The position numbers were made by a program, and so were the translations under genes. Positions 37,885-49,573 of a DNA stretch of 64,000 bases are shown one piece after another; within the stretch, counting starts at the first letter, position 1, and the number at the start of each line of letters is the position of its first letter. The notes under the pieces are model-generated. The model was not told where the DNA came from, made no database searches, and was given only the letters and a program-made list of their open reading frames with translations. Source of the stretch: Methyloligellaceae bacterium (GTDB lineage Bacteria; Pseudomonadota; Alphaproteobacteria; Rhizobiales; CBDCYM01); the NCBI GenBank assembly GCA_965224165.1, contig CBDCYM010000011.1, positions 1,522,877-1,586,876 of the forward strand, read 5' to 3'.

Positions 37885-38604
37885 TTAGGCTCTGCTTGCC
37901 TTCGCCCCCTGCTCCCACCAAGCCTGAAACCCCTTCGCACGTAACTCGCAAGCCGGACATGTTGCACACCCATAGCCCCATACGTGGCGTTCCGTACGTA
38001 CACCATTATAGCAACTGTGGGTGTGTTCAACGATGAGATCAATGAGATCTTGCCCACCAAGTTCTTCAGTCAAAGCCCAAGTTGCCGCTTTATTGTGCCA
38101 CATCAGGGGCGTTTCGATGTGGAATTCTGTATCCGTTCCTAGATTGATGGCTTTCGCGAGAGTTAGCAAAGTATCGTTTCGGCAATCAGGATAGCCGGAA
38201 TAATCTGTTTCACACATACCGCCCACTAGGGTTTTGATATCCCGTCGGTAACCTAGCGCTGCGGCATAGGTAAAAAACAAAAGGTTTCGCGCAGGAACAA
38301 ATGTGTTGGGCAGGCCTGCTTGGCTCATCTCGATTTCAACATTCCGGGTGAGGGCGGTATCTGAAATCTGCCCTAACGCGGTCAGGTTTAATAGGTGATC
38401 CCGACCAAGCTTCGCAGTCCAGTTCGGAAATTGCTTTTTTAGGGCAGTTAAAATCACGTTGCGGCACTCAAGCTCAATCTTATGGCGTTGGCCATAATCG
38501 AAGCCGATAGTTTCAACGGCCTTATAACGGTTTAAAGCCCAAGCAAGGCATATTGTTGAATCTTGGCCCCCAGAAAAGAGAACAAGTGCCTTATCGCCTA
38601 TCAT
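37885..38604 (-). CDS. queC: 7-cyano-7-deazaguanine synthase
   Basis: PP-loop motif [14 protein letters not shown] and C-terminal Zn-binding cysteines (CATCPAC). Confidence 0.9.
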   Translation of the reverse strand: MIGDKALVLFSGGQDSTICLAWALNRYKAVETIGFDYGQRHKIELECRNVILTALKKQFPNWTAKLGRDHLLNLTALGQISDTALTRNVEIEMSQAGLPNTFVPARNLLFFTYAAALGYRRDIKTLVGGMCETDYSGYPDCRNDTLLTLAKAINLGTDTEFHIETPLMWHNKAATWALTEELGGQDLIDLIVEHTHSCYNGVRTERHVWGYGCATCPACELRAKGFQAWWEQGAKASRA

Positions 38605-38916
38605 GGAACATTATCCTGTACTTACGAAATCCTGTACTTACGGACAATTAACTTCTATCAAGCTCATACCATATACCCGTGGTATTTCTGGTCAAAAAAA
38701 TGACCGAAGAGCATTCAAGCGCTATGCGGGCTTATACGCCAAAAGGCGCGATGTGCGGTCGACCTTGTCAATGGTTCATGAAACAAACTCAAACACCATT
38801 GGTATAAATCATATGGTTTGCAGTTTCAGGTGAGATGTTGACGAATCGTTAACTTTGAGAAGCTAGAAATAAAAAGGTTTTTTAAGTTTTCCAGTAGTTT
38901 GCGTAATTAAGAGACC

Positions 38917-39255
38917 ATGCCAGTTCAAGAGCGTTCTAAACATTTTTCAAGCATTCTTTTTCTGCTCGTTTCATTGGGGCTGATTTCCTATTTTATCTAC
39001 CATGCCCTTCAAGGGAATCACGGATTAAAGGCGCGAACACATCTCAAATGGCGTGTCGAAAGGCTAGAGCGTCAACACGCTGAGCTAAGCAAACTACGTA
39101 CGCAAATTGAACGTGATGTAGCACTCCTAAAGCCGGAAAAAATTGATCCGGACATGCTAGATCAACAAGCGCGAAAACTTCTCAATATCGTGCATTCCGA
39201 TGATATAATTATCCTGAGGCCGAGAGTGAAAAAAGAAAAGGCAGTGATGCCCTAA
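38917..39255 (+). CDS. ftsB: septum formation initiator (FtsB/DivIC family)
   Basis: N-terminal TM helix followed by a coiled coil, 112 aa. It sits directly upstream of pdhA, as is conserved in alphaproteobacteria. Confidence 0.65.
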   Translation: MPVQERSKHFSSILFLLVSLGLISYFIYHALQGNHGLKARTHLKWRVERLERQHAELSKLRTQIERDVALLKPEKIDPDMLDQQARKLLNIVHSDDIIILRPRVKKEKAVMP

Positions 39256-39454
39256 TCTTAAATCCTTAAACAAGGACTTCACTAGAACGCCCCGTCTCAT
39301 AAATTGGATCATTTTGTTTCATTTGATGAAAATGTGCGTGATAAGTGATAAATTGCCTTTGGAAAAGTGATAAAATTTGGCATGCTTAGCTGAGATAAAT
39401 TTACTACATATTGCATAAAGCAAAAAAATGGGGTGGATCGACAAAGGAGGCCTT

Positions 39455-40537
39455 ATGTCTGACAATGAGGTTAAGGCTGACAAAAAGAAGTCAGCAGATG
39501 ATAAACCGGATTCTCAGCCATCCAAAACCAAAGCAAAAACCAAAACAAATGGGAAATCTGCTGAAGTCTATTCTTTCTCCAAAGAAGAAGAGCTCTTTGC
39601 TTATCGAGAAATGCTCCTGATCCGACGGTTTGAAGAAAAGGCCGGGCAACTTTATGGCATGGGCTTCATTGGTGGTTTCTGCCACCTATATATCGGTCAG
39701 GAAGCTGTCGTGGTCGGTATGCAGATGGCCATACGGGATGGGGACCAGATCATTACCAGTTATCGTGATCATGGTCATATGTTGGCTTGCGGTATGGATG
39801 CGAACGGGGTTATGGCCGAGCTAACAGGCCGCAAAGATGGATACTCCAAAGGCAAGGGTGGCTCGATGCACATGTTTTCCGTGGAGAAAAGCTTCTATGG
39901 CGGACATGGTATTGTTGGAGCATCTGTCCCTTTGGGAACAGGGCTTGCCTTTGCCAACAAGTATCGTGGTAACGATCAGGTTTCCCTCACCTATTTTGGT
40001 GACGGTGCTTCAAACCAGGGACAGGTCTATGAAAGTTTTAATATGGCCAAGCTCTGGGGGCTGCCGGTTATTTACATTATTGAGAACAACAAATATGGCA
40101 TGGGAACAAGCGTGGAGCGTGCGTCCTCAACGACAGATCTCTCGCAAAGAGGGGTGAGCTTTGGTATACCCGGCGAACAGGTCGATGGCATGGATGTACG
40201 GGCTGTCAAAGCTGCGGCCGATAAAGCAGTGAAATCAGCACGCGAAGGTAATGGCCCGCAAATTCTTGAAATGATCACTTACCGCTATCGCGGCCATTCC
40301 ATGTCCGATCCGGCCAAATATCGATCTAAAGAGGAAGTTCAAAAAGTTCGCCAAGAGCATGATCCGATTGAGCAAGTGAGGATCCGTATTCTGGAACAAG
40401 GTTATGCGAGCGAGGATGAATTAAAAGCTATAGATAAAAGTGTCCGAGCAATCGTAAATGAATCCGCTGATTTTGCCCAAGTCAATCCTGAACCACCAGT
40501 TTCTGAACTCTATACAGATGTTCTGGTCGAAGCCTGA
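39455..40537 (+). CDS. pdhA: pyruvate dehydrogenase E1 component, alpha subunit
   Basis: TPP-binding motifs (GDGASNQG) of the E1-alpha family. Start chosen at the Met preceded by AAAGGAGG; the longest ORF starts at 39428. Confidence 0.9.
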   Translation: MSDNEVKADKKKSADDKPDSQPSKTKAKTKTNGKSAEVYSFSKEEELFAYREMLLIRRFEEKAGQLYGMGFIGGFCHLYIGQEAVVVGMQMAIRDGDQIITSYRDHGHMLACGMDANGVMAELTGRKDGYSKGKGGSMHMFSVEKSFYGGHGIVGASVPLGTGLAFANKYRGNDQVSLTYFGDGASNQGQVYESFNMAKLWGLPVIYIIENNKYGMGTSVERASSTTDLSQRGVSFGIPGEQVDGMDVRAVKAAADKAVKSAREGNGPQILEMITYRYRGHSMSDPAKYRSKEEVQKVRQEHDPIEQVRIRILEQGYASEDELKAIDKSVRAIVNESADFAQVNPEPPVSELYTDVLVEA

Positions 40538-40589
40538 TTGATTTGCGCCATAGGTTAGAGAGAAACGCCCAAATTTAAGAGATAAAGAT

Positions 40590-41966
40590 ATGGCCACCGA
40601 AGTCTTGATGCCAGCCCTATCCCCTACGATGGAGGAGGGCAAACTTGCCAAATGGTTGGTAAAAGAGGGAGATGAGATCACTGCAGGAGATGTGATCGCA
40701 GAGATTGAAACAGATAAAGCGACCATGGAGGTTGAGGCGGTGGATGAGGGGACCGTCGGTAAAATCCTCATTAATGAGGGAACTGAAAACGTTAAGGTGA
40801 ATACGCCAATCGCTGTCATCCTACAGGAAGACGAACCAAGCGATAAAACAATATCAACCGAAAAGACATCACCCACAGATGTCGTGGATGTGCCTGTCGA
40901 AAGCGACAAATCCGGTGCATCGCTCGCCAAGCCGGATTATTCAGCGTCACTAGCAGCTGAGCCTGACATTCCGGCAGGGACTCAGATGGTTAGTCTCACG
41001 GTTCGTGAAGCTCTGCGCGACGCCATGGCTGAAGAAATGCGTCGTGACGAGGATGTATTTGTAATGGGTGAAGAAGTTGCAGAATATCAAGGGGCTTACA
41101 AAATCACCCAGGGGTTGTTGGATGAGTTTGGAGACCGGCGCGTTATTGATACACCGATTACCGAGCACGGGTTTGCCGGTGTTGGGGTTGGGGCTGCCTT
41201 TGCAGGCCTTAAGCCCATCGTTGAGTTCATGACGTGGAATTTTGGTATGCAGGCCATCGACCATATCATTAATTCGGCGGCAAAAACCCTCTACATGTCG
41301 GGCGGTCAGATGCGCTGTCCGATCGTATTTCGTGGTCCAAATGGCGCTGCTTCGCGGGTGGCGGCGCAACATAGCCAATGCTATTCAGCATGGTATTCGC
41401 ATGTGCCTGGGTTGAAAGTTATTTCTCCCTTTACGGCGGCGGACCATAAGGGATTGCTTAAAGCTGCCATTCGCGATCCTAATCCGGTTGTTTTTCTTGA
41501 AAACGAAATACTCTATGGCCAAAACTTCGATGTTCCGGACATTGAGGATTGGGTTGTGCCGATTGGCAAGGCAAAAGTGGTTCGAGAAGGAAAGGACGTT
41601 ACAATTGTCTCCTTTTCCCGGGGAATGGCCTATGCGTTTGAGGCGGCTGAAATATTGACCGGTGACGGCATTGACGCTGAGATTATTGATTTGAGAACTT
41701 TGAGGCCGTTGGACATCCCAACACTTATCAATTCCGTTAAAAAGACCAACCGGATTGTAACTGTTGAAGAAGCCTGGCCTGTTTGTTCAGTCGGTTCTGA
41801 AATTTGTTCAACCATCGCTCGTGAGGCCTTTGATTATCTTGACGCCCCACCTACAAAGGTTTCTGGTGCAGATATTCCTATGCCCTATGCCGCTAATCTT
41901 GAAAAATTGGCGTTGCCATCGGCGGATCAAGTGGTCAAAGCAGTCAAATCTGTTTGTTACGTATAG
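40590..41966 (+). CDS. pdhB: pyruvate dehydrogenase E1 component, beta subunit, with an N-terminal lipoyl domain
   Basis: Lipoyl-attachment motif [10 protein letters not shown] at the N-terminus followed by transketolase-like E1-beta domains, 458 aa. Confidence 0.9.
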   Translation: MATEVLMPALSPTMEEGKLAKWLVKEGDEITAGDVIAEIETDKATMEVEAVDEGTVGKILINEGTENVKVNTPIAVILQEDEPSDKTISTEKTSPTDVVDVPVESDKSGASLAKPDYSASLAAEPDIPAGTQMVSLTVREALRDAMAEEMRRDEDVFVMGEEVAEYQGAYKITQGLLDEFGDRRVIDTPITEHGFAGVGVGAAFAGLKPIVEFMTWNFGMQAIDHIINSAAKTLYMSGGQMRCPIVFRGPNGAASRVAAQHSQCYSAWYSHVPGLKVISPFTAADHKGLLKAAIRDPNPVVFLENEILYGQNFDVPDIEDWVVPIGKAKVVREGKDVTIVSFSRGMAYAFEAAEILTGDGIDAEIIDLRTLRPLDIPTLINSVKKTNRIVTVEEAWPVCSVGSEICSTIAREAFDYLDAPPTKVSGADIPMPYAANLEKLALPSADQVVKAVKSVCYV

Positions 41967-42078
41967 TCATTACGTGTCAGTCGAGTGTGTTATTGCGTCT
42001 ATTATTAAGCACAGAAGTTCAACCCAGATATTGCGTTCATATTAAGCGTTATATCTTGGTGATAATCGGGGAATAGAC

Positions 42079-43440
42079 ATGCCTATACCTATTCTTATGC
42101 CCGCACTTTCACCAACCATGGAAGACGGCACACTTGCCAAGTGGTATGTGAAGGAAGGTGATGAAGTGACATCCGGTGATGTCATTGCAGAAATTGAAAC
42201 CGACAAAGCCACCATGGAGGTGGAAGCTGTTGATGAGGGAACTGTGGGGAAAATTCTTATCGTTGAAGGTACGGAGGGGGTCGCGGTTAATGCACCAATC
42301 GCTGTGCTGTTAGAAGAGGGCGAAGATAGTGGTGCGCTTCAGGCTTTTAATGCCGAAGGGGCCAAACACGCGACCCCAACGGCGGCTGCGACAATTATTG
42401 AGACAACGTCTGATCAGCCAGTTGAGTCAAAAGAGGCATCTGTAGAAGTGGTAGAACAATCAACACAAACAGCGTCACTTAACGGACAAGGTGGACGAAT
42501 TTTGGCAAGTCCTTTAGCTCGAAGGATTGCCAAGGATAATGAAGTTGATATCGCGGTTGTTTCAGGCTCAGGCCCTCACGGGCGCGTGGTCAAGCGCGAT
42601 ATTGAACGCGCGGTCAAAGAGGGCGTGCAGGCTGATACCGGTAGGGCGGTGGTCGCCCCAGGTGCTGGCGACCAGTCGAAAGCAGGGCCGTCTCTTCCCA
42701 TAGGGATGAGTGATGATCAAATCATGGCTCTTTATGATTCCGGCAGTTATGAGGTCGTGCCTCATGACAATATGCGTAAAACGATTGCGCGGCGCTTGGT
42801 TGAATCCAAAATTACCATCCCGCATTTTTATCTTTCAATTGAATGTGAGCTGGATGCACTTTTAGCTGCTCGCAGGCGCATGAATGATATTGCACCTCAA
42901 GAGGGACCCAAAACCTATAAGCTTTCAGTCAATGATTTTATTATCAAAGCAATGGCGATGGCCCTGCAACAAGTGCCGCATGCAAACGCAACTTGGACGG
43001 AGCAAGGTATTTTGCGCCACAGAAGTTCCGATGTGGGTGTTGCTGTTGCTGTTGATGGCGGGTTGTTTACACCGGTTCTCCGACATGCGGAATTAAAAAG
43101 CCTTTCGGAAATCTCAAACGAGATGAAGGATCTGGCCGAACGGGCTAGAAATCGACGGCTAGCGCCACATGAATATCAAGGTGGCACGACATCAATTTCC
43201 AATCTTGGCATGTTTGGAATTAAGAGATTTGACGCGGTTATTAATCCGCCTCATGCCACCATTTTGGCCGTGGGAGTGGGCGAGCGCCGACCGGTTGTAA
43301 AAGGTGATGCCGTACAAATTGCAAATATCATGTCTGTCACGCTTTCTTGTGATCATCGTGTCGTTGATGGAGCATTGGGGGCGGAATTGTTAGGTGCGTT
43401 TAAGCGGTTCATCGAAGAGCCAGTCTCCATGTTGGTTTAG
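42079..43440 (+). CDS. pdhC: dihydrolipoamide acetyltransferase (E2)
   Basis: Lipoyl domain ([11 protein letters not shown]), E3-binding domain, and catalytic domain with the …DHRVVDGA… motif. Confidence 0.9.
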   Translation: MPIPILMPALSPTMEDGTLAKWYVKEGDEVTSGDVIAEIETDKATMEVEAVDEGTVGKILIVEGTEGVAVNAPIAVLLEEGEDSGALQAFNAEGAKHATPTAAATIIETTSDQPVESKEASVEVVEQSTQTASLNGQGGRILASPLARRIAKDNEVDIAVVSGSGPHGRVVKRDIERAVKEGVQADTGRAVVAPGAGDQSKAGPSLPIGMSDDQIMALYDSGSYEVVPHDNMRKTIARRLVESKITIPHFYLSIECELDALLAARRRMNDIAPQEGPKTYKLSVNDFIIKAMAMALQQVPHANATWTEQGILRHRSSDVGVAVAVDGGLFTPVLRHAELKSLSEISNEMKDLAERARNRRLAPHEYQGGTTSISNLGMFGIKRFDAVINPPHATILAVGVGERRPVVKGDAVQIANIMSVTLSCDHRVVDGALGAELLGAFKRFIEEPVSMLV

Positions 43441-43492
43441 TATCTGGTGAAATGTTTTTGCACGTTGATTTAGATGGAGACTATAAGAAAAA

Positions 43493-44893
43493 ATGGCTGA
43501 GACTTCCTTCGATCTTGTAATCATTGGTGCAGGACCGGGAGGCTATGTCACAGCCATCCGAGCGGCACAGCTTGGCTTAAAAACGGCCATAATAGAGGAA
43601 AAGCACCTTGGCGGCATTTGTCTGAATTGGGGATGTATTCCAACCAAGGCATTGCTCAGAACCTCTGAAATTTATCACTATATGCAGCATGCGAAAGACT
43701 ATGGGTTGTCCGTTAAAAACCCTAGTTTTGATTTAAGTGCTGTTGTGAAGCGTTCACGCAAAGTATCTAAGCAGCTTAATCAGGGGGTTGCACATCTCCT
43801 GAAAAAGAACAGAGTCACCGTTATTGACGGGCGGGGAACTCTGGTAGCGCCTGGCAAGGTATCTGTTGTCAAAGATAGCAAACCTATTGGCGAATATGCA
43901 GCAAAGCATATTATTCTTGCCACTGGCGCCCGGCCGCGAGCACTTCCAAATATTCAACCTGATGGCAAACTCATATGGACTTATTTTGAAGCCCTTGTTC
44001 CTAAGGAAATGCCGAAATCATTACTTGTCATTGGATCTGGTGCTATCGGAATTGAGTTTGCTTCCTTCTATCTCACAATGGGTGCCGATGTAACGGTTGT
44101 TGAAGTAATGGATCAGATCATGCCCGTTGAGGACGCTGAGATTGCCGCTGCGGCCCGTAAACGCATGGAAAAGCAGGGCATGAAGATTATAACCGGTGCT
44201 ACCGTGAAGTCTGTAAAGAAGGAGGCTGACTCGGTAACCTCTACAATTGAAGACAGCAAAGGCAAAACCAACGAAATCACGACCGACCGGGTTATCTCGG
44301 CGGTTGGTGTCAGTGGCAATATTGAAGCGCTGGGTCTCGAGAGCCTTGGTGTGAAAACAGATAAGGGGTGTATTGTCACTGATGGTTTTGGGCAAACTAA
44401 TGTCAAGGGGATTTATGCAATCGGCGATGTTGCAGGGCCACCGATGTTGGCTCATAAAGCAGAGCATGAAGGTGTGATTTGTGTTGAAAAGATTGCTGGG
44501 CTTAATGTTCATCCATTGGAAAAAGAAAAAATCCCAGGGTGCACCTATTGTCATCCGCAAGTGGCCTCCGTTGGGCTAACAGAGGCAAAAGCCAAAGATG
44601 CCGGATATGATGTGAAAGTTGGCCGCTTTCCCTTTATCGGTAATGGTAAGGCCATTGCCCTTGGTGAGCCAGATGGTCTCATAAAGACGGTTTTTGATAG
44701 TAAGACGGGCCAGCTTCTTGGCGCTCATATGGTTGGTGCTGAGGTGACCGAGCTTATTCAGGGTTTCGTAGTTGCTATGAACCTAGAAACCACAGAGGAA
44801 GAGCTGATGCATACGGTCTTCCCGCATCCAACGCTATCTGAAATGATGCATGAGTGCGTGCTCGACGCTTATGATAGGGTTATTCATATGTAG
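43493..44893 (+). CDS. lpdA: dihydrolipoyl dehydrogenase (E3)
   Basis: FAD motif GAGPGGY, redox-active disulfide [13 protein letters not shown], 466 aa. Confidence 0.9.
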   Translation: MAETSFDLVIIGAGPGGYVTAIRAAQLGLKTAIIEEKHLGGICLNWGCIPTKALLRTSEIYHYMQHAKDYGLSVKNPSFDLSAVVKRSRKVSKQLNQGVAHLLKKNRVTVIDGRGTLVAPGKVSVVKDSKPIGEYAAKHIILATGARPRALPNIQPDGKLIWTYFEALVPKEMPKSLLVIGSGAIGIEFASFYLTMGADVTVVEVMDQIMPVEDAEIAAAARKRMEKQGMKIITGATVKSVKKEADSVTSTIEDSKGKTNEITTDRVISAVGVSGNIEALGLESLGVKTDKGCIVTDGFGQTNVKGIYAIGDVAGPPMLAHKAEHEGVICVEKIAGLNVHPLEKEKIPGCTYCHPQVASVGLTEAKAKDAGYDVKVGRFPFIGNGKAIALGEPDGLIKTVFDSKTGQLLGAHMVGAEVTELIQGFVVAMNLETTEEELMHTVFPHPTLSEMMHECVLDAYDRVIHM

Positions 44894-44937
44894 CGGACGT
44901 ATCCCTATATATTAAGGGAAACGGAAAGACTAAAAGT

Positions 44938-45912
44938 ATGCCAACACTTCTTGATACGGTCTCGAAAGATAAGGATACGGAGTCTGAGCGCCCGCGCCAT
45001 CCGGAAAAAGCACATCGGCCGGACAGCCCGCTATTGCGCAAGCCCGATTGGATACGTGTAAAAGCGCCTGGTTCACCGGTCTATCATGAGACACGCAAGC
45101 TTATGCGTGACAACAGTCTGCATACCGTTTGTGAAGAAGCAAGTTGTCCGAATATTGGTGAATGCTGGTCCAAAAAACACGCGACCATGATGATCATGGG
45201 TGATACATGCACGCGCGCATGCGCCTTTTGTAATGTACGCACCGGTGTGCCCGGGCCGCTCGACAGCCAAGAGCCAAAGAATGTCGGCGATGCAGTTGCC
45301 AAACTCGGCCTTGAGCATGTGGTTATTACATCCGTCGACCGTGATGATCTTCATGATGGTGGTGCCCAGCATTTTGCCAAGGTCATCCATGCCATCCGTG
45401 AAGCAACTCCGAAGACAACAATCGAAGTTCTAACACCTGATTTTTTACGCAAGGATGGTGCGTTAGAAATCGTTGTTGAGGCCAAACCAGATGTTTTCAA
45501 TCATAATCTGGAAACTGTGCCCAGGTTGTATCTGACCATCCGGCCGGGAGCACGTTATTTTCATTCTCTACGGCTTTTACAACGGGTCAAGGAGTTAGAC
45601 CCGTCCATGTTTACCAAGTCTGGTATTATGGTTGGTCTTGGTGAAGAGAGGAATGAGGTGCTCCAACTTATGGATGATCTGCGTTCAGCCGATGTCGATT
45701 TTCTCACAATTGGCCAGTATCTTCAGCCAACCCGTAAGCATGCCCCTGTCGATTGCTTTGTAACGCCTAATGAGTTTCAGGCCTTTGAGCGGGTGGCGTA
45801 CACAAAGGGATTTCTGCTGGTTTCTTCTAGTCCGCTTACGCGTTCTTCTTACCACGCAGGTGATGATTTTGAGCGGCTTCGCGAGGCACGCATGCTTAGC
45901 CTTGGACGTTAA
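44938..45912 (+). CDS. lipA: lipoyl synthase
   Basis: Radical-SAM cluster CTRACAFC and auxiliary-cluster cysteines [12 protein letters not shown]. Confidence 0.9.
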   Translation: MPTLLDTVSKDKDTESERPRHPEKAHRPDSPLLRKPDWIRVKAPGSPVYHETRKLMRDNSLHTVCEEASCPNIGECWSKKHATMMIMGDTCTRACAFCNVRTGVPGPLDSQEPKNVGDAVAKLGLEHVVITSVDRDDLHDGGAQHFAKVIHAIREATPKTTIEVLTPDFLRKDGALEIVVEAKPDVFNHNLETVPRLYLTIRPGARYFHSLRLLQRVKELDPSMFTKSGIMVGLGEERNEVLQLMDDLRSADVDFLTIGQYLQPTRKHAPVDCFVTPNEFQAFERVAYTKGFLLVSSSPLTRSSYHAGDDFERLREARMLSLGR

Positions 45913-45927
45913 TATCAAACTATACTT

Positions 45928-46383
45928 ATGCCAAGTTTTCACACAACACGGCGCGTCCAACATTCCGCAGAAAATATGTTCTTTCTGGTGGCGGATATTG
46001 AGCGTTATCCGGAATTCGTGCCTTTGTGCGAGGCTTTGACAATCCGCTCAAGACAAGAAGACGCCGGTCATGAGATTCTCATTGCGGATATGACGGTTGC
46101 TTACAAGTTTCTCCATGAGACCTTTACAAGTCGGGTGAGGCTTAATCGTGCGTCTTTGGAAATTGTAAGCGAATATATTGACGGTCCCTTCCAGATGATG
46201 GAAAACCGATGGCATTTTCGAGACCTTGGTGAAAAGAATTCTGAAGTGGATTTTTATATTGATTATGAGTTTCGCTCGCGGTCTTTCCAGCTTCTTGTCG
46301 GGGCATTGTTTGACAAGGCTTTCCGCAAGTTTTCTGGTGCTTTCGAAAAACGTGCAGATGAGATTTATGGTCGTTCGTCATAA
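45928..46383 (+). CDS. SRPBCC-fold protein (RatA/COQ10-like; type II toxin RatA family)
   Basis: 151 aa with the START/polyketide-cyclase-like fold pattern. It follows lipA, as is conserved in alphaproteobacteria. Confidence 0.65.
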   Translation: MPSFHTTRRVQHSAENMFFLVADIERYPEFVPLCEALTIRSRQEDAGHEILIADMTVAYKFLHETFTSRVRLNRASLEIVSEYIDGPFQMMENRWHFRDLGEKNSEVDFYIDYEFRSRSFQLLVGALFDKAFRKFSGAFEKRADEIYGRSS

Positions 46384-46480
46384 AATTGTTTATGCTTAAT
46401 AATAATTCTTTTTTACTTGAAATAAATTTTCATAGACCAATGTTATTGTCATATTCAACGGGCTTGCTGGATCATCATCC

Positions 46481-48043
46481 ATGTTGAGGGATAATGAAGA
46501 GCTAGAGATCAAGTTTGAGCTGACGGGTGATGAATTAGAGGAAATCCGTTCAAATCAGACACTCGAAGACCTCGCGGTCAAGAAACCTATCACAAAAACC
46601 CTACACTCAATCTATTTCGATACACCTGACCATTCACTGCGCTCCCAGAGCATCTCATTAAGGGTGCGCCAAGTTGGGAAGGAGTGGATTCAGACGATAA
46701 AATCGAAAATTGGTGTGACGGCGGGCGTATCTCATCCCGTAGAATTTGAAGTGAAGGTGGAGAATTCTGAGCCTGATCTTACATCTATCTCAGATACGAG
46801 CCTGCGTAAAAAAATTACAAAGCTCACGAGTAAGGACGCGCTTATTCCGGTATTTGAAACTGTCATCCGGCGCACGACACGGCTCCTGCGAGCGCCGGAT
46901 GGGAGCGAGATCGAAATTGCACTTGATAAGGGCGATATTCTTGCTGGAAAACGTTCAGCAGAAATTTATGAAGCTGAACTTGAGTTAAAATCAGGGACGG
47001 TCCGTTCCATACTCACCCTGGCGGAAGCTTTGATGGGCAGCAAAGCAATGAAGCTTTCAAAAATGAGTAAGGCTGAACGCGGTTATCGTCTCGTCGAAGA
47101 GAGTCAGGCATTTGCAGACCTAAAACCTCAAACGTCAAAAAAGCCGAACTTGAAATCCCGGCATACCGCTGAGGAAGCTTTAAAGCATATTTTACAATCT
47201 GTTGCAGGTCAGGTGACGCATAACCTGGGCGTTACACGTCATTCGGAAGTGCCGGAGGGAGCACACCAATTGCGCATTGGCCTTAGAAGATTGCGTGCCG
47301 CACTCCGAGCTTACCGTCCAATCACAGATTGCGAAATGGTGCGCTGGCTTGGCCGCGAAGCGCGTGATTTGGCACAGCTTGTCGGCGAACAACGGGATAT
47401 TGATGTTCTCATTTCAGATATCGTAATGCTGGCATCTAAGAATGCTCCCCCAGACCTTGGCGCGGAAAAAGTTTTGAAGAAATTAGAGCGTCACCGCCAA
47501 GGCATAAGGTCACATGTTTGTCGCGCATTGCGGGATAAGCGATGGACTATGTTTGAGCTGAAGCTTGGAATGTTTATCGAGATGGCGGGGTGGCGGCTAG
47601 ATAATAATTTGAAAGCGGAGAAAGTTTTGCGGGCACCTGCCCACAAATATGCCCGTACAGCCCTTAATAAGAGTTGGCGGCGTGCGGAAAAATTGGGGGG
47701 CCGGATTTCAGAACTCAGTATTAGTGAGCGCCATGATTTGCGGAAGGCTCTCAAAAACTTACGCTATCTCGTGGAGTTTTTTTCAAGCCTTTACCCTGCA
47801 AAGAAAGTACGCCCCTTCCTCAAACAACTTAAACAGGCGCAAAACGTGTTTGGCTATCTGAACGATGTAGCTATGGCAGAGCAATTGCTACACATTTTTC
47901 AGGATGCGGATGGTCAGCTAAAAGATGCCAGGCTAACCACAGGATATGTATTGGGGTGGCATATGGCTGAGGCAGAAAATGCTTGGAAAGACGCGGTATC
48001 CCGTTGGAAATCTCTTAGCAAAGCGGAACGTTTTTGGAAGTGA
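46481..48043 (+). CDS. CYTH (triphosphate tunnel metalloenzyme) plus CHAD domain protein
   Basis: N-terminal EIKFEL… CYTH signature (ExExK) and a helical C-terminal CHAD-like region, 520 aa. Confidence 0.65.
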   Translation: MLRDNEELEIKFELTGDELEEIRSNQTLEDLAVKKPITKTLHSIYFDTPDHSLRSQSISLRVRQVGKEWIQTIKSKIGVTAGVSHPVEFEVKVENSEPDLTSISDTSLRKKITKLTSKDALIPVFETVIRRTTRLLRAPDGSEIEIALDKGDILAGKRSAEIYEAELELKSGTVRSILTLAEALMGSKAMKLSKMSKAERGYRLVEESQAFADLKPQTSKKPNLKSRHTAEEALKHILQSVAGQVTHNLGVTRHSEVPEGAHQLRIGLRRLRAALRAYRPITDCEMVRWLGREARDLAQLVGEQRDIDVLISDIVMLASKNAPPDLGAEKVLKKLERHRQGIRSHVCRALRDKRWTMFELKLGMFIEMAGWRLDNNLKAEKVLRAPAHKYARTALNKSWRRAEKLGGRISELSISERHDLRKALKNLRYLVEFFSSLYPAKKVRPFLKQLKQAQNVFGYLNDVAMAEQLLHIFQDADGQLKDARLTTGYVLGWHMAEAENAWKDAVSRWKSLSKAERFWK

Positions 48044-48094
48044 CGAGTGGTTGGTAAGATTTGTCCCAATATTAGTTCCCAGCCCCCATTCTGC

Positions 48095-49387
48095 TTAATT
48101 GAAGTTATTTTTTTGCGTCATTCGATTGTGCGAGGAATTCATGAGCCAGCGGATCAAAAAACGTCGCGTGCCAGAATAAAAAATCTCATGGCCACCTTGT
48201 TCCAGTCCAAAGGATAGTTTCTCCGGATCGTCCCTCCAAAACTTAGAGATTTCTTTCACGGCCGCTTCAGCACTGCCAGATCTTGGCTGGTCTTGTGCTC
48301 CAGCCTCAAGAAAGAATGGACGGGGTGCGATGAGCCAGGCAAAACGTTCATGATCAAATTCCGGTAAAAAGCCAAAATTATTCGCCCAAATTCCGTGAGG
48401 GAACTTCCAATATGCGTGTTTTGCATATTGGTGTTTTCTCCCTATCCATTTGTGTACGAAATTTTGGAAGAATTGGCTGACAACAACAACATCAATTGTT
48501 TTATCAATAGCTGAAAGGTAGAGGGCGACTTGGCCGCCTAGGCTGATCCCGTAAGTGCCGGTGTTTGCAGAAGGAATGTTGAGATGATTCCTTAGGGCAT
48601 TGAGAGCGCTCGAGATGGCACCGATCTCAAGCCCAATCAACCTTAGGCCGGAACTCATTATTCGGCGGTCCACCTTATCGCGGAACTCATTAGACTTAAA
48701 AACTTTGTGCCTTTTTAACTGCGTAATGATGTACGGAGCGAAAACTGTAAAACCATCCTGTACAAGTTTGCTTCCAAGTTCCTTATGGTAATCTTTAAGT
48801 TTATAATCTGAGGGTTTTTCAAGTCCGAAAAGAAACTCTGGACTCCCCGCTGTTCCATGCACAGCAACCACAAGCGGAGAGGTGGGTAAACTTTTCTTTT
48901 TATATCCGAGTAAACCAGCTAATCTGAATTGGCTCATGCAAACTTCAAATTCAAGATATTCGATTTTCACATCCTGGGTTTCATATATTTTTCTCTTTGA
49001 AATAATCCGTGCAGAATTATTATGCGCTCGTTGAACTGGTATTGATGGAATGCAAGAAGCTGGGACACCCATTCGTTTCATTAGGATTTGACGAGCATCT
49101 GTTTTCGAGCCACTAATTTTTTCCCTTTTCTCAACTTCAATCTTATTTGCTTCTTTATCCATATACTCGTGGATTGAGTCATAAAAAATGTTTGCCCCTA
49201 ATGTCATTGCAAACTCGGGCTTTTGTGGTTTTAATAGATTTCTATACTTAATTTTTTCAGTGGTGCGGCCGATGAAAAAACCGAGACAGGAACAAATGAT
49301 AAGACTCAACAATAGCCCGGCTATTTTTTTGTTACGCGGATTAATCACAATATTCTCCTGCTTTACAGGCCGGTACGATTTAATCAA
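48095..49387 (-). CDS. alpha/beta hydrolase (esterase/lipase-like) with an N-terminal membrane anchor, in an AT-rich gene
   Basis: GxSxG motif GISLGGQVAL, N-terminal TM (LLLSLIICSCLGFFIG), and low GC against its neighbours. Confidence 0.5.
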   Translation of the reverse strand: MIKSYRPVKQENIVINPRNKKIAGLLLSLIICSCLGFFIGRTTEKIKYRNLLKPQKPEFAMTLGANIFYDSIHEYMDKEANKIEVEKREKISGSKTDARQILMKRMGVPASCIPSIPVQRAHNNSARIISKRKIYETQDVKIEYLEFEVCMSQFRLAGLLGYKKKSLPTSPLVVAVHGTAGSPEFLFGLEKPSDYKLKDYHKELGSKLVQDGFTVFAPYIITQLKRHKVFKSNEFRDKVDRRIMSSGLRLIGLEIGAISSALNALRNHLNIPSANTGTYGISLGGQVALYLSAIDKTIDVVVVSQFFQNFVHKWIGRKHQYAKHAYWKFPHGIWANNFGFLPEFDHERFAWLIAPRPFFLEAGAQDQPRSGSAEAAVKEISKFWRDDPEKLSFGLEQGGHEIFYSGTRRFLIRWLMNSSHNRMTQKNNFN

Positions 49388-49573
49388 ATCCTGAATCTAA
49401 ATGCGCTTGATTGTCACTTTAAATATTAATCTAGATATTTTTCTAAATGCAACAAGATGATGAAATAAGTATATTTTATAGGATTATTATAAAATCAATT
49501 TTCTATTTTGCGAGCTTCAGGCAAATAACGATCTCGCCTATATTGATCTAAGTTTATAAGGAGGGGCGAAAGC

